In this document: positions 10,161-18,961 of the stretch, piece by piece
How positions within the stretch are numbered: the stretch's first letter is position 1
How the letters are laid out: each line of letters begins with the position of its first letter
IMG/VR virus record: IMGVR_UViG_3300037722_001025
Location: 1 to 64,000 of that record
Source: a virus
Reading direction: 5' to 3' (one strand)
Length of the DNA stretch: 64,000 nucleotides
The notes under the pieces: generated by a model
What the model saw: only the letters and a program-made list of their open reading frames with translations
What the model was told of the DNA's origin: nothing
Databases searched by the model: none
Translations under genes and position numbers: made by a program

Positions 10161-10308
10161 ACTGGCCCCTCATACAAATGGATATATAAAGATCGGCAGT
10201 ATTATAATGGGTATGTTCTCGCCTACAAAAAGGACAAATAACAGTTATAGTTTTTTCATCTTGCCGAATAATTTTGACATTCGGAATTCTATATCCTGGA
10301 TTCCCCAT
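10144..10308 (-). CDS. small Zn-binding protein (54 aa, not in ORF track)
   Basis: MGNPGY...CPFCRREHTH...C; fills the gap between ruvC-like and sbcC-N genes. Confidence 0.5.
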   Translation of the reverse strand: MGNPGYRIPNVKIIRQDEKTITVICPFCRREHTHYNTADLYISICMRGQYVARN

Positions 10309-10311
10309 TAT

Positions 10312-10956
10312 TTAATTCCTTCGTTTTAGAACAGGTTTCTTAATTAAGGAAGCTCTGTGTTTAGCTATTCCCCAAGAGTCAGCAAGATCGAACAAACCCT
10401 TAAGGTACTCATTGCTCTTGCTACCAGGTTTCCAATCTTTATTTTTAGCCGCGTTGATTCTGTCTCTGTTTTCATCTAAATATTTAGAAAATCGGAATTG
10501 CAGGTCTTCTGGTAATTTTTTAACGGTTGCTAATTTTAATGCCAGTTTAGTATTTTTTGGATACTCAGCTTTCCATTCCCGCTGTTCCTCTTTTGTCAGA
10601 ATATGTGATCTCCAGGTAGACACATTGATTATACCAACAGGAATGTCAGGGAATTCAACCATGAAACGAGTTCTGATATACCACTGAATAGCCCACAACA
10701 AATCATTGGAACTACCCTTTGCACTGAAGGCAGCACCTTCAAGAGCTATTCCCACAAGTTTGTTTCCTTTCATCTGCTTATCAATAAACGTCTTTATTTC
10801 ATTCCATTGGTAATGAATGAGGTCTTCTCCATCCATATAATGAGGAGCATTCACAGATATAAAATCTAGAACATGAGTTCCACAACTACTCATTGAGAGA
10901 ATAGCTGTAGAACGTTTGGATTGATCAATACCTATTATAATATCCATTTTAGTCAA
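10312..10956 (-). CDS. RuvC-like Holliday junction resolvase
   Basis: IIGIDQS, ALEG, DLADS catalytic motifs. Confidence 0.75.
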   Translation of the reverse strand: MTKMDIIIGIDQSKRSTAILSMSSCGTHVLDFISVNAPHYMDGEDLIHYQWNEIKTFIDKQMKGNKLVGIALEGAAFSAKGSSNDLLWAIQWYIRTRFMVEFPDIPVGIINVSTWRSHILTKEEQREWKAEYPKNTKLALKLATVKKLPEDLQFRFSKYLDENRDRINAAKNKDWKPGSKSNEYLKGLFDLADSWGIAKHRASLIKKPVLKRRN

Positions 10957-11191
10957 TGACCATAGTGCAATGCTCCATCAATATATCTAAACGACTTCTA
11001 CATTTAAGATGAGTAATATACTCCTCCATTGTTAACCATTTCCCATTACAATTAGGACAAACATCATTGGCATATCGTTCTTCCATAGAACCAAAACATT
11101 TACTACAATACACCTTTATTCGGGATTCTAATTCATCGATTTTAGCTACCAAATCAACTTCCATATCAATATGAGTATTCACCTTTTTCAT
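10949..11191 (-). CDS. zinc-ribbon protein
   Basis: CxxC...CxxC. Confidence 0.55.
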   Translation of the reverse strand: MKKVNTHIDMEVDLVAKIDELESRIKVYCSKCFGSMEERYANDVCPNCNGKWLTMEEYITHLKCRSRLDILMEHCTMVID

Positions 11192-11246
11192 AAATTCAAT
11201 TCCTCATATTCTTCTTGGTCCAGCAATTATTGGTTTCATAAGTTTA

Positions 11247-11618
11247 CTAAAAGGAGAAATGAATCCCTAAGCTTTGATTTCGAATCACGACTACGGTTTC
11301 CAGTATGATAATACCAAGCAAGAAGCCTTTGCGGTAATTATCCTTCAGCAGATAAGCAACTCCAGCAGTTGCGAGAATAGAGGTAGCAAAGTAGGTATTC
11401 ACTCTACCAACAGAAGGATGTTCCCCTAATATCAGATTAAGCTCTTTCCACTTGTCCTCATTTTTGGCAATTGACCGGGTCTGTCCCCAATCTGCTATTA
11501 AAGTAGCCGTAGCAATTCCTAAAAGGGTGTAGTCTGTTTTATCCCAATCACGTTCTCCTGCATTGATATTGGTAGACAATAGTAGGATAAGAATGAATGC
11601 ACAGGTTAGAATTCTCAT
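11247..11618 (-). CDS. secreted/membrane protein
   Basis: Signal peptide, ADWGQT and ELNLILG motifs, hydrophobic helices. Confidence 0.6.
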   Translation of the reverse strand: MRILTCAFILILLLSTNINAGERDWDKTDYTLLGIATATLIADWGQTRSIAKNEDKWKELNLILGEHPSVGRVNTYFATSILATAGVAYLLKDNYRKGFLLGIIILETVVVIRNQSLGIHFSF

Positions 11619-12127
11619 AAAAGAGCCTTAGGTTGTGCTAAAATAGCAACTTGTCGTACTATACGCTCAGGAGGCCATTCTAGAAAGACACCAATCTTGT
11701 TAAGGGTTTCAGTAACATTTACACCCATACCTTCAGGACACCAAGTAGCTGTATAAGTTCGAAACTTCCTATCAAGAAGTGCCTTGTTTATCTTTTCATT
11801 TAACTGCTTCCTAGCAGTATTTTGCCAATACAAAACACATTTCAATTGCCTATCTGACCAATCAGGATGAGTCTTTTTCATTTTGGATACATGGGCAGCC
11901 AGATCAAATTCATTTATTATGGCATATACAGGGTAAGATAAATCATAAATACTATCAAAAAAAGAGACTTTAGGAGGACACCGATCACTTTTGCCCCAGT
12001 TCGGACATCCTTTTGGGTGTAAAGGGTAAGCATTTAAACACATGACCCTAACCCAATCTTCTATAATTGGCTCTATATGGAGATATAGTTTCTTTTCCTC
12101 AAATAGATTTAAAGATTGGGCTCTCAT
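11615..12127 (-). CDS. DUF2284-like metal-binding protein
   Basis: VRVMC...CPNWGKSDRCPP and PEGMGVNVTET motifs. Confidence 0.6.
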   Translation of the reverse strand: MRAQSLNLFEEKKLYLHIEPIIEDWVRVMCLNAYPLHPKGCPNWGKSDRCPPKVSFFDSIYDLSYPVYAIINEFDLAAHVSKMKKTHPDWSDRQLKCVLYWQNTARKQLNEKINKALLDRKFRTYTATWCPEGMGVNVTETLNKIGVFLEWPPERIVRQVAILAQPKALL

Positions 12128-12984
12128 TTAAGATTCAGCACTTTCTTCCAATTGGTTAGATTTTCTTTCTGTAGAAACCATTGAAAATCATACATCTGGC
12201 AAATTTTCAAAAAACCATCAAAAGAATAAGAAAGTTGTTCCTGAAATTTAAGTTCAGGAGTACCTTTAAATGGTAAACTAACCAACTTGACGTTACGGTT
12301 GTAAATCTCTTTTCCCTCTGGACATCGAATATTCTGGTATGTTTTCAGATTGGGTGTAAGTTCATCGTTCAAATACTTAATGGCAGTAGCTTCACCTACA
12401 CCTCTAATCCCTGGAACTTCATCGGATTTGCAACCGGCAAGAGCTTTTACACATGCCCAATCACTGGGGAAAATGCCGTATTCTTTTACAAAATCCTTAT
12501 CTGTGTAGATTTTCTTTCCCTTCTGCATTCTGACATCAGGAGAAAGTAATTGATACATGTCCTCATCACTTGAAGCAATAGTGAAGAAAGAACCATGGTT
12601 GTAGAATACGAGGGAAGCGATTATATCATCAGCTTCAAAACCTTCTATTTTGTAATTATTCTTTACACCCAGAAGAGGTAAAATTTCTTCATAGAGGAGA
12701 TCAAATTGCTCATAGGCAGCTTTATCGTCTTCTATTTCTTCTGGTGTCTTCTCTCCTTTCTGTGTTCTCCGCTTTTCCTTATAAGCAGGAAACAACTTCT
12801 GTCTATGAGATTTTGGAGAATCCCAGGCAAATGCAATTTCGGTAGTTTCATTTTCTTTGGCTAATGTAAATAACTGCTTGAAAAATCCAAAGATTACTCC
12901 AACTTTTTTCTCTTCATAAGACAAATCACCCATGGTGAATTTAGCCTTATAACATAAGGAACTTGAGTCAACTATTACTTTCAT
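12124..12984 (-). CDS. 5'-3' exonuclease / flap endonuclease (phage RNase H type)
   Basis: IVD, YKEKR, EADDII, SSDEDM, GCKSDEVPGIRGVG motifs. Confidence 0.9.
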   Translation of the reverse strand: MKVIVDSSSLCYKAKFTMGDLSYEEKKVGVIFGFFKQLFTLAKENETTEIAFAWDSPKSHRQKLFPAYKEKRRTQKGEKTPEEIEDDKAAYEQFDLLYEEILPLLGVKNNYKIEGFEADDIIASLVFYNHGSFFTIASSDEDMYQLLSPDVRMQKGKKIYTDKDFVKEYGIFPSDWACVKALAGCKSDEVPGIRGVGEATAIKYLNDELTPNLKTYQNIRCPEGKEIYNRNVKLVSLPFKGTPELKFQEQLSYSFDGFLKICQMYDFQWFLQKENLTNWKKVLNLK

Positions 12985-13315
12985 CTTTTACTCCACACGG
13001 TGGGCCTACATGATAAACAGCTGCAAATCCTCCTGAAGCGGCAGAACAAGCATGACAATATACCTCTTTTTCATCAGCCACAGCAGGAAACCATTTCTCA
13101 CAATCCTTACAAATATCATTGTCAGAATCAAATATTTCCACTTCATTACTACCACAATTAGGACACGTTTTCACTGGTATTTTCTTTCTCCCATCCTGGG
13201 CAAACATACTTCTTGTTGTTCCTACAAAGTTTATCCCTATCAGGATTGTCTCTGTGCGGACATTCATTATCGGAGCTTTGGAGTTAGGACATCTTCCCAT
13301 CAGATGTTCAGCCAT
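12968..13315 (-). CDS. zinc-finger hypothetical protein
   Basis: Three CxxC pairs. Confidence 0.5.
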   Translation of the reverse strand: MAEHLMGRCPNSKAPIMNVRTETILIGINFVGTTRSMFAQDGRKKIPVKTCPNCGSNEVEIFDSDNDICKDCEKWFPAVADEKEVYCHACSAASGGFAAVYHVGPPCGVKDESNS

Positions 13316-13734
13316 TCAGATTTTTCCTCTACAAAGAGGGTTGGTTGATCATCTCCACAATCACAACGTATTAAAGATAACAATTCTCTTTTGGGATCAG
13401 AACCTAATGAAGCTTGCCAAGCTATTCTCAATTCTGCTTTATCTTTAAATGAAGTGTAAGGAAAATGAATTGTGATGTGTCTTTTAGGCAAACCACTTCT
13501 AGAAGGCTTATCTTTAATTATTTTAGCTTCCTTAAATTCTCGTTTAAAAATTGCCCAACATTCTTGAAAAATTTGGTATTGTTCTTCCGAATCAATATCA
13601 ATTTGCAACTCATTGTCTTTAGGAATAACAATGGTGTTACCTTCTTCTACCATTCTTGCCATATACTCTGATCTTGTTTCATTTGCATCATATTCGTGCA
13701 TAGGCATTAATTTGTGTTCTCCAATAGGATCCAT
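13300..13734 (-). CDS. hypothetical protein
   Basis: SD AAGGA; IDID...SRSG...H...LGSDPKRE. Confidence 0.6.
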   Translation of the reverse strand: MDPIGEHKLMPMHEYDANETRSEYMARMVEEGNTIVIPKDNELQIDIDSEEQYQIFQECWAIFKREFKEAKIIKDKPSRSGLPKRHITIHFPYTSFKDKAELRIAWQASLGSDPKRELLSLIRCDCGDDQPTLFVEEKSEWLNI

Positions 13735-13747
13735 AAAATATTCCTTA

Positions 13748-13780
13748 CTGGAGGGAGGCTACAAAGTAGCCTCCCTCCAG
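13748..13780 (-). terminator. intrinsic terminator-like hairpin
   Basis: 15-bp perfect stem CTGGAGGGAGGCTAC / GTAGCCTCCCTCCAG downstream of the recA operon. Confidence 0.7.
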
Positions 13781-13787
13781 AATGAAT

Positions 13788-14054
13788 TTAGTCAGGACAA
13801 CCCTCTTCTGATTTCAGGGTTTCTTTGTAGAAATTGAAGAAATTTTCATCATTTCCCCAATAGGTGTAATCATAAGCTCCCAGTGTAATCGTTTCAGGAT
13901 TGCCCAAACAAGCTACCAATTGAATGGCGTCTTCTCCCTTTTTATCTTTTACAGAACCTACCATTCGAGGATTGTGCAGAATAGTAGAACACCCTTCTAC
14001 TGTACCTACGAACAGAGCACCGCCCGATCTGACAAACTTCAGTTTTCCTTCCAT
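13788..14054 (-). CDS. hypothetical protein
   Basis: SD GAGGT; follows recA. Confidence 0.6.
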   Translation of the reverse strand: MEGKLKFVRSGGALFVGTVEGCSTILHNPRMVGSVKDKKGEDAIQLVACLGNPETITLGAYDYTYWGNDENFFNFYKETLKSEEGCPD

Positions 14055-14057
14055 GAT

Positions 14058-15143
14058 TTACCTCTTTTTTGGTGAACGTTGGATTTTGAATTGCTCCTGA
14101 ATTTCTCTCCACAGTCCTATTGTGCGGAGTTTCAAGTCTCGTTGAAGATTGTTTTCTTCAATGTAGGTTATGGCGTTTTGCATAGAAACATAAGTTTTGC
14201 TGAAACAATCATAGGAAGTCCCTTTCGTCATATCCTTATAATACTGGAGTTCATCCCGGATAGTATCAATACCGTATCCGAAAATGATTGACAGAGGGGC
14301 TTCCCGATACGGTATATCAATTGAGCTTTTCATGATTGAGCAGGTACTATGAACGCCTATTGTTTGTTCAACCTCCACACCACTTTTGAGTTTGGCTTTC
14401 TTGGAAATTTCCCATCTCGGAAATGAAGGTTTGATCTGAATACGCAAAGAGGCATAAAAAGGAACACCCATGCCACCTGGTGTTGTAGTTCCTCCAGATG
14501 TTCCTTTTGACCTGATTTGATTTGAAAATACAATCAGCCATTGGCGATTTGCAACAAGCCGACAAGTTTTGCGGAGGCCTTCAGAGAATTCTTTAGCTCT
14601 TCGCATTCCCATCTTGTCTCCTTCATCATTATCCATCTCTTGATCAGTACTGAGAGCCGCAATAGAATCACTGGCAAACATGTTGATCACGTTAGGATTT
14701 GGGGGCTGCCAAGGCCATAAATAGTCAGTGAACAAAGAAGATACAGTATCAGGTCGGTAATAATCAAACTTGTCTTCCGACATCGAAACACCGTAAATGG
14801 TAGAATACTCTTTGTCCAATCGAGCTTCTGGATCACAGAAACGAACTGCTCCTCCTTTATTTTGAGTTGATGCAGCAATTTCAGAAAGAATGGCAGTTTT
14901 TCCTGCACCAGAAGGTCCAAAAATTTCAACAAACATTCCTCCAGGAATGCCACCTTCTTCAGTATTTCCACCACTGATAGCAAGGTCAAGCAAAGTAGAT
15001 CCAGTAGATACTACTTTCTTGAGGTTAAGATTCTTGTGGATGAGGTTGAGTTCTGCATTAGTGGCAGAAGATTCCTCAACCCCATCCTGAATAGCAGCCT
15101 CAACATTTGCGGCTGCACCTCTTCTTTTCAGAAGTTCAGCCAT
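14058..15143 (-). CDS. recA: RecA/UvsX-like recombinase
   Basis: STGSTLLDLA, GIPGG, EIFGPSGAGKT, DSIAA, NQIR, TPGG..FYAS. Confidence 0.92.
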   Translation of the reverse strand: MAELLKRRGAAANVEAAIQDGVEESSATNAELNLIHKNLNLKKVVSTGSTLLDLAISGGNTEEGGIPGGMFVEIFGPSGAGKTAILSEIAASTQNKGGAVRFCDPEARLDKEYSTIYGVSMSEDKFDYYRPDTVSSLFTDYLWPWQPPNPNVINMFASDSIAALSTDQEMDNDEGDKMGMRRAKEFSEGLRKTCRLVANRQWLIVFSNQIRSKGTSGGTTTPGGMGVPFYASLRIQIKPSFPRWEISKKAKLKSGVEVEQTIGVHSTCSIMKSSIDIPYREAPLSIIFGYGIDTIRDELQYYKDMTKGTSYDCFSKTYVSMQNAITYIEENNLQRDLKLRTIGLWREIQEQFKIQRSPKKR

Positions 15144-16324
15144 TATTGACCAGGTCTCCTACGAACCCTGCGAGTAGGTTCTTCAGTTGTTGCCGCAGTA
15201 GTTGTGGGAGCAGATTCAGCCGCCGACGCAGCTGCTCCAGGACGGACTCGGCGAGCAGGTGTTGCCGCAGTAGTTTCAGCTTTGGTAACCGCTTCTGCCT
15301 CAGCCGCTTTCTTAGCAGCCTCTTCTGCCTCAGCTTTCGCTACTGCCGCATTATATTCTACCTCACAATCTGCAAAATCAGGGCAAACATCACAGACTTC
15401 GAAGGTATTGAAATCTGTTTCAGGGTCACCAGGACAACTGAAATCTTCTGCGGAAGTCGTGTTAGTAGTAGGTTCTTCTGCCGGTTTTTCTTCAGGTGTC
15501 GATCGTCGAGTAGCAGGACGACGGCGTTCTTCCTCAGCTTCTACTTTACCTTCTTCTTTGGCTTGTTCAGAAACTTCATCAGTACCACCCGTACTGCCGA
15601 AGAAAGCTGCTTCTACTTCCTCAAAAGTGGGAATATGAAGCAACTCATCCAGACAAAGTGCATTGTCCAGAAGTTCATCGGAAATAATCTCTTCCCGATC
15701 CATGAAGTCGAAAGCTTTGTATTCCGTATTTGTGGCACCGCTTCCAGACTTTCTGAAAAAAACAATCTTTCCTTCTTCTGCATTTGAGAAAAGAGTAAAA
15801 CCACCGCCACGAGGCTTCTTCGCTTTTTCAGCAAGCTCCTTCTCGAACAAGTAATGGGAAACATCGAACAACTGGATGCCTTTCTTGATCTCCTTGTCAG
15901 AGTCCAGACATTCAATATTGTACAATGCTCGACGAGTGGGATTCAAGGACTTGACAAAATCCTCATCATAACTGTCTCCTTTGCGAAGCTCAGCCTGATG
16001 ATTGCAGATAGGACAAGGTTTGTTGTAAGTCCTAGCCATGCAAACATAGTTGTCCTCGTTTACCCCAACTTTGCGGTGAAGGAAATAATCGAGAAAATAC
16101 GCCCATTTACCAGGTGCAACTTTCGGGTGATTTACGCCGGCAATAAAGGGAATGATGTTGATGAAGTGTTCATCCTCACTACACTTCCACATGGGTGTGT
16201 TACCAAGATTTTCTTTGATCAACACACTCTTGAATCGTCCAGAATCGTCTTTGCTGTTGTACGATTCCTGATGGCGTTGTGCCATCTCTTCTTTCATTTG
16301 TTGCCTACGTTCACTTGGCTTCAT
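15143..16324 (-). CDS. gp32-like single-stranded DNA-binding protein with long Ala/Thr/Glu-rich tail
   Basis: H...C...CPIC Zn site, GSGATNTEY, position next to recA. Confidence 0.75.
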   Translation of the reverse strand: MKPSERRQQMKEEMAQRHQESYNSKDDSGRFKSVLIKENLGNTPMWKCSEDEHFINIIPFIAGVNHPKVAPGKWAYFLDYFLHRKVGVNEDNYVCMARTYNKPCPICNHQAELRKGDSYDEDFVKSLNPTRRALYNIECLDSDKEIKKGIQLFDVSHYLFEKELAEKAKKPRGGGFTLFSNAEEGKIVFFRKSGSGATNTEYKAFDFMDREEIISDELLDNALCLDELLHIPTFEEVEAAFFGSTGGTDEVSEQAKEEGKVEAEEERRRPATRRSTPEEKPAEEPTTNTTSAEDFSCPGDPETDFNTFEVCDVCPDFADCEVEYNAAVAKAEAEEAAKKAAEAEAVTKAETTAATPARRVRPGAAASAAESAPTTTAATTEEPTRRVRRRPGQ

Positions 16325-16441
16325 TCTTTGCTTCTCCTTTTAAAGGCTGACAGTGATTTTCCCATTCCTAATCCAAATAATCTCCCAGCAATGTATATGA
16401 TTACTGGGAAACTAAAACATATTAGGATAAGGATGGGCCAA

Positions 16442-16984
16442 CTAACTTTTATCATTTCCTCCCCCAGTAGTCCTTCTTTGCAGTCGAGGACTTCTTTCTA
16501 AAGCATCAGTTTGGGCTTTTTCCATAGCCTCTGATGCATCATACCTAGGCCCTTGAGCAAGACTGCGGTTACCAGAATAATACCCTCCATTAACAAGGGA
16601 AACAAGATTACTGATTCTTCGGTCACGACGATCAAATGATTCTTTAGCCACTTGAAGAACGTTGACCCGATAAGCGGCTTCATGGTACTCTTCATTTGCC
16701 TCCACATAATTTACATGTGAAACGATAGCAGAACTGATAAAGGCTTCAGTGGGTGCTTTATCAATTTTCTGCCAACCAAATTCACTCGGAGTTTCTCTGA
16801 TTTCTTGATCACACTGACTCCGAACCAATGCTAGTTTGTCTTTCAAAGTGTCCCGATCTCTTACTGCATCTGCCCAAAGAAGTCCCCAGTTAGCGTATGT
16901 TACAGGATCTTCTTCACAGATAGCCTCCAAATCACACCGATCAAGTTTTAAATCCTGTTTAAAATCGAAATCACTCATATTCAC
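16442..16984 (-). CDS. putative UvsY-like recombination mediator
   Basis: Helical coiled-coil protein directly upstream of ssb-recA; PTEAFI motif. Confidence 0.45.
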   Translation of the reverse strand: MNMSDFDFKQDLKLDRCDLEAICEEDPVTYANWGLLWADAVRDRDTLKDKLALVRSQCDQEIRETPSEFGWQKIDKAPTEAFISSAIVSHVNYVEANEEYHEAAYRVNVLQVAKESFDRRDRRISNLVSLVNGGYYSGNRSLAQGPRYDASEAMEKAQTDALERSPRLQRRTTGGGNDKS

Positions 16985-17024
16985 TCCTAATTGTATAAAC
17001 TATTGTTATCTTTCACTTATTTAG

Positions 17025-17053
17025 ATTTTATCACAGTTTTTGAAAACCTTGAA
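17025..17053 (-). promoter_or_regulatory. class II (middle) promoter
   Basis: TTCAAG-17 nt (ending TGTGA)-TAAAAT. Confidence 0.7.
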
Positions 17054-17054
17054 A

Positions 17055-17759
17055 TTATCTTTTAGTTTCCACCAACCAAGTTGCCAGATAGTCAGCAGAG
17101 ACAAGCATGGGCACTAAGGCATACTTTTCGACAGCTTTCTTGATCGCAATCCCTGAAGGATAGAAGAAGAGAGTACCAGGATCAAACGATCCTAGATGCC
17201 AACGAATGGCGACAGCTTCTTCCTCAGTCAGGTCCATATGCTTCTGAATGAGGAAGATAGATTTTTCTCCATGACCAAGAGGAAGCTCTTCCTCAACTTT
17301 CCAAGCAGGAGCATATTCGGGAAATGTACCACCGTTCTTGTAGTAATCAATTAGCTTGGTGACATAAGCTTTTGTGAGCTGTTTGTCAGGAGGCATTGGA
17401 TCAGTAGTCTTGCAGAGCAGATCACCCAGGAATTTCATCTGAGGACCTGTGGCCATTTCATCGTCCTCAAAATAGATATTTACCTTACAAAGATCATGAA
17501 GCAATCCTACAATAATGATTGATTCATGGGGAATTTCATTCCCCTTATCCATGAATTCAGCATTCAGGAGTACAAGAGAATCATAGACATTGAGGCAATG
17601 TTCTGCTAGACCTCCAACATAGCTACCATGACCTTTAGTTGAAGCTGGAGCCTCGAAGAAGTCAGTTTTATTGCATAAGTATTCAACAAGTTCCTTAATG
17701 CCTTCTCGTTCAACAATCTTGAACAGGTCCAATATTTCACCTTTTATGTCATTTGCCAT
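17055..17759 (-). CDS. HD-domain phosphohydrolase (YhaM-like)
   Basis: APAS...GGLAEH, LLHDLCK, GHGEKS, AIRWH, ADY. Confidence 0.85.
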   Translation of the reverse strand: MANDIKGEILDLFKIVEREGIKELVEYLCNKTDFFEAPASTKGHGSYVGGLAEHCLNVYDSLVLLNAEFMDKGNEIPHESIIIVGLLHDLCKVNIYFEDDEMATGPQMKFLGDLLCKTTDPMPPDKQLTKAYVTKLIDYYKNGGTFPEYAPAWKVEEELPLGHGEKSIFLIQKHMDLTEEEAVAIRWHLGSFDPGTLFFYPSGIAIKKAVEKYALVPMLVSADYLATWLVETKR

Positions 17760-17781
17760 TTACATTACTCCTTTTGTGGGA

Positions 17782-17997
17782 TTATTTGGGACCTAGACCT
17801 TCTGATTCCAGTTTAGGTGATTCTGGGGTTTTGTATTTTACGGAAATATCATTAATGAGGCATTTAGAAATAACCAACAATTCTAAACCTTTATTTTGAG
17901 CAACTCCTACTTGACCAGTTTCCAGATCAATGATAATCTGCATCTGAGCACCAGTTTGTCGGTCTCTTACAATCAAGTTGACACTTCTTTCGGACAT
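17782..17997 (-). CDS. hypothetical protein
   Basis: Strong SD AAGGAGG. Confidence 0.65.
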   Translation of the reverse strand: MSERSVNLIVRDRQTGAQMQIIIDLETGQVGVAQNKGLELLVISKCLINDISVKYKTPESPKLESEGLGPK

Positions 17998-18011
17998 TGT
18001 TTCCTCCTTTT

Positions 18012-18260
18012 AAAAGTTAATGAGAGGCTTTCCACCTCTCTTGCTAGGTTTGAGCCCGAGGATCGGCTTCATCCTCCCCTTCCCATAGAATAGAAATTCA
18101 TCCATTAGTCACTATGGGGCATGTTGATTCACGTACTCCCTTTCGGGCAACTTGAAGTTTCATAGCGTAGGGGTCTTAGCTCCACTTCAAGCCTTCTGTG
18201 GTCCACTAGACTATTGGGAACGAGGCTTAACCTTCTAGGGATTCGGCCTGAACCCTCAAT
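18012..18260 (-). ncRNA. candidate ~250-nt structured non-coding RNA, family unknown
   Basis: Gap with no credible gene, GC-richer than flanks, several stems (CUUGAAGU/ACUUCAAG, CCC-GAAA-GGG, CCCAUAG/CUAUGGG, GAGGAU/AUCCUC, GAGAGG/CCUCUC). Confidence 0.55.
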
Positions 18261-18261
18261 A

Positions 18262-18726
18262 TCAGAAAGGTTTTCTTCTTTTTAAAATAGGAACATCTAA
18301 ATCATATGAAGTTTTATCATGTTCTGCAAGATGACATTTTCTACATAACCAATCAATTTCTAAAAGTTTACTATAATCTTTATGGTGAGCTTGGGATTTA
18401 ATGTTTCCACAGTTACAAGGATATCTAATAATTTTTCCGTCTCTTAAAGCATTGCTTACAGCATTTCTTGCTTTAGCTTTTTCGGGATTTTTTGTTCTTC
18501 CCCTTCTTTGGGCTTCTAAAAGTCTTTCTTTTTCTTTTGGGGTTTGCCCTTTGCCCTCTTTGTACTCCAAATAACGTTGTTTACCACATAAAATTTCTCG
18601 GTCTCTACTATCTTTTTTGGTACATTCAATACATTTATTCAAATAACCACCAGCCATACGGGCATGTTTATAAAATTCACTTTCTAACTCTTTTATAATA
18701 CCACATTTAAAACATTTCTTCATCAT
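18262..18726 (-). CDS. Zn-finger plus HNH-like nuclease domain protein
   Basis: CFKC...CIEC and QAHHKDY...WLCRKCH; start re-assigned to 18726. Confidence 0.7.
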   Translation of the reverse strand: MMKKCFKCGIIKELESEFYKHARMAGGYLNKCIECTKKDSRDREILCGKQRYLEYKEGKGQTPKEKERLLEAQRRGRTKNPEKAKARNAVSNALRDGKIIRYPCNCGNIKSQAHHKDYSKLLEIDWLCRKCHLAEHDKTSYDLDVPILKRRKPF

Positions 18727-18730
18727 AATT

Positions 18731-18961
18731 TTAGAACGGTATATTATCTTCGGGGTTATAAAACGGTGAATTCCTAACTTTCCTATCATCTATATTAGTT
18801 AAAGCATGTAAAATCTCTTGTCTCATTCCAGCTTCTTCACAACTTTCATCCTCATATATTGGATTCTGCATGAGGTCATGTAACCATCGTGCCACTTCTT
18901 CTGAAAGATCAAAATTCAATACCAGTTTGAATCGTACTCGGGTAAAGTTAGCCATAATCAA
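18731..18961 (-). CDS. hypothetical protein with SSB-like C-terminus (EDNIPF)
   Basis: Operon tiling; ends PEDNIPF. Confidence 0.55.
   Translation of the reverse strand: MIMANFTRVRFKLVLNFDLSEEVARWLHDLMQNPIYEDESCEEAGMRQEILHALTNIDDRKVRNSPFYNPEDNIPF

Noticed and set aside
15107-16501. Long plus-strand ORFs opposite ssb (also 19211-19849, 32026-32640, 48086-48487)
   Set aside because: Antisense shadows of GC-richer, codon-biased genes; no RBS or recognisable domains.
18012-18260. RNase P RNA, tmRNA, SRP RNA or group I/II intron
   Set aside because: No GAGGAAAGUCC, no tRNA-like ends, no SRP domain IV motif, no group II domain V, and it interrupts no gene. Left unassigned.
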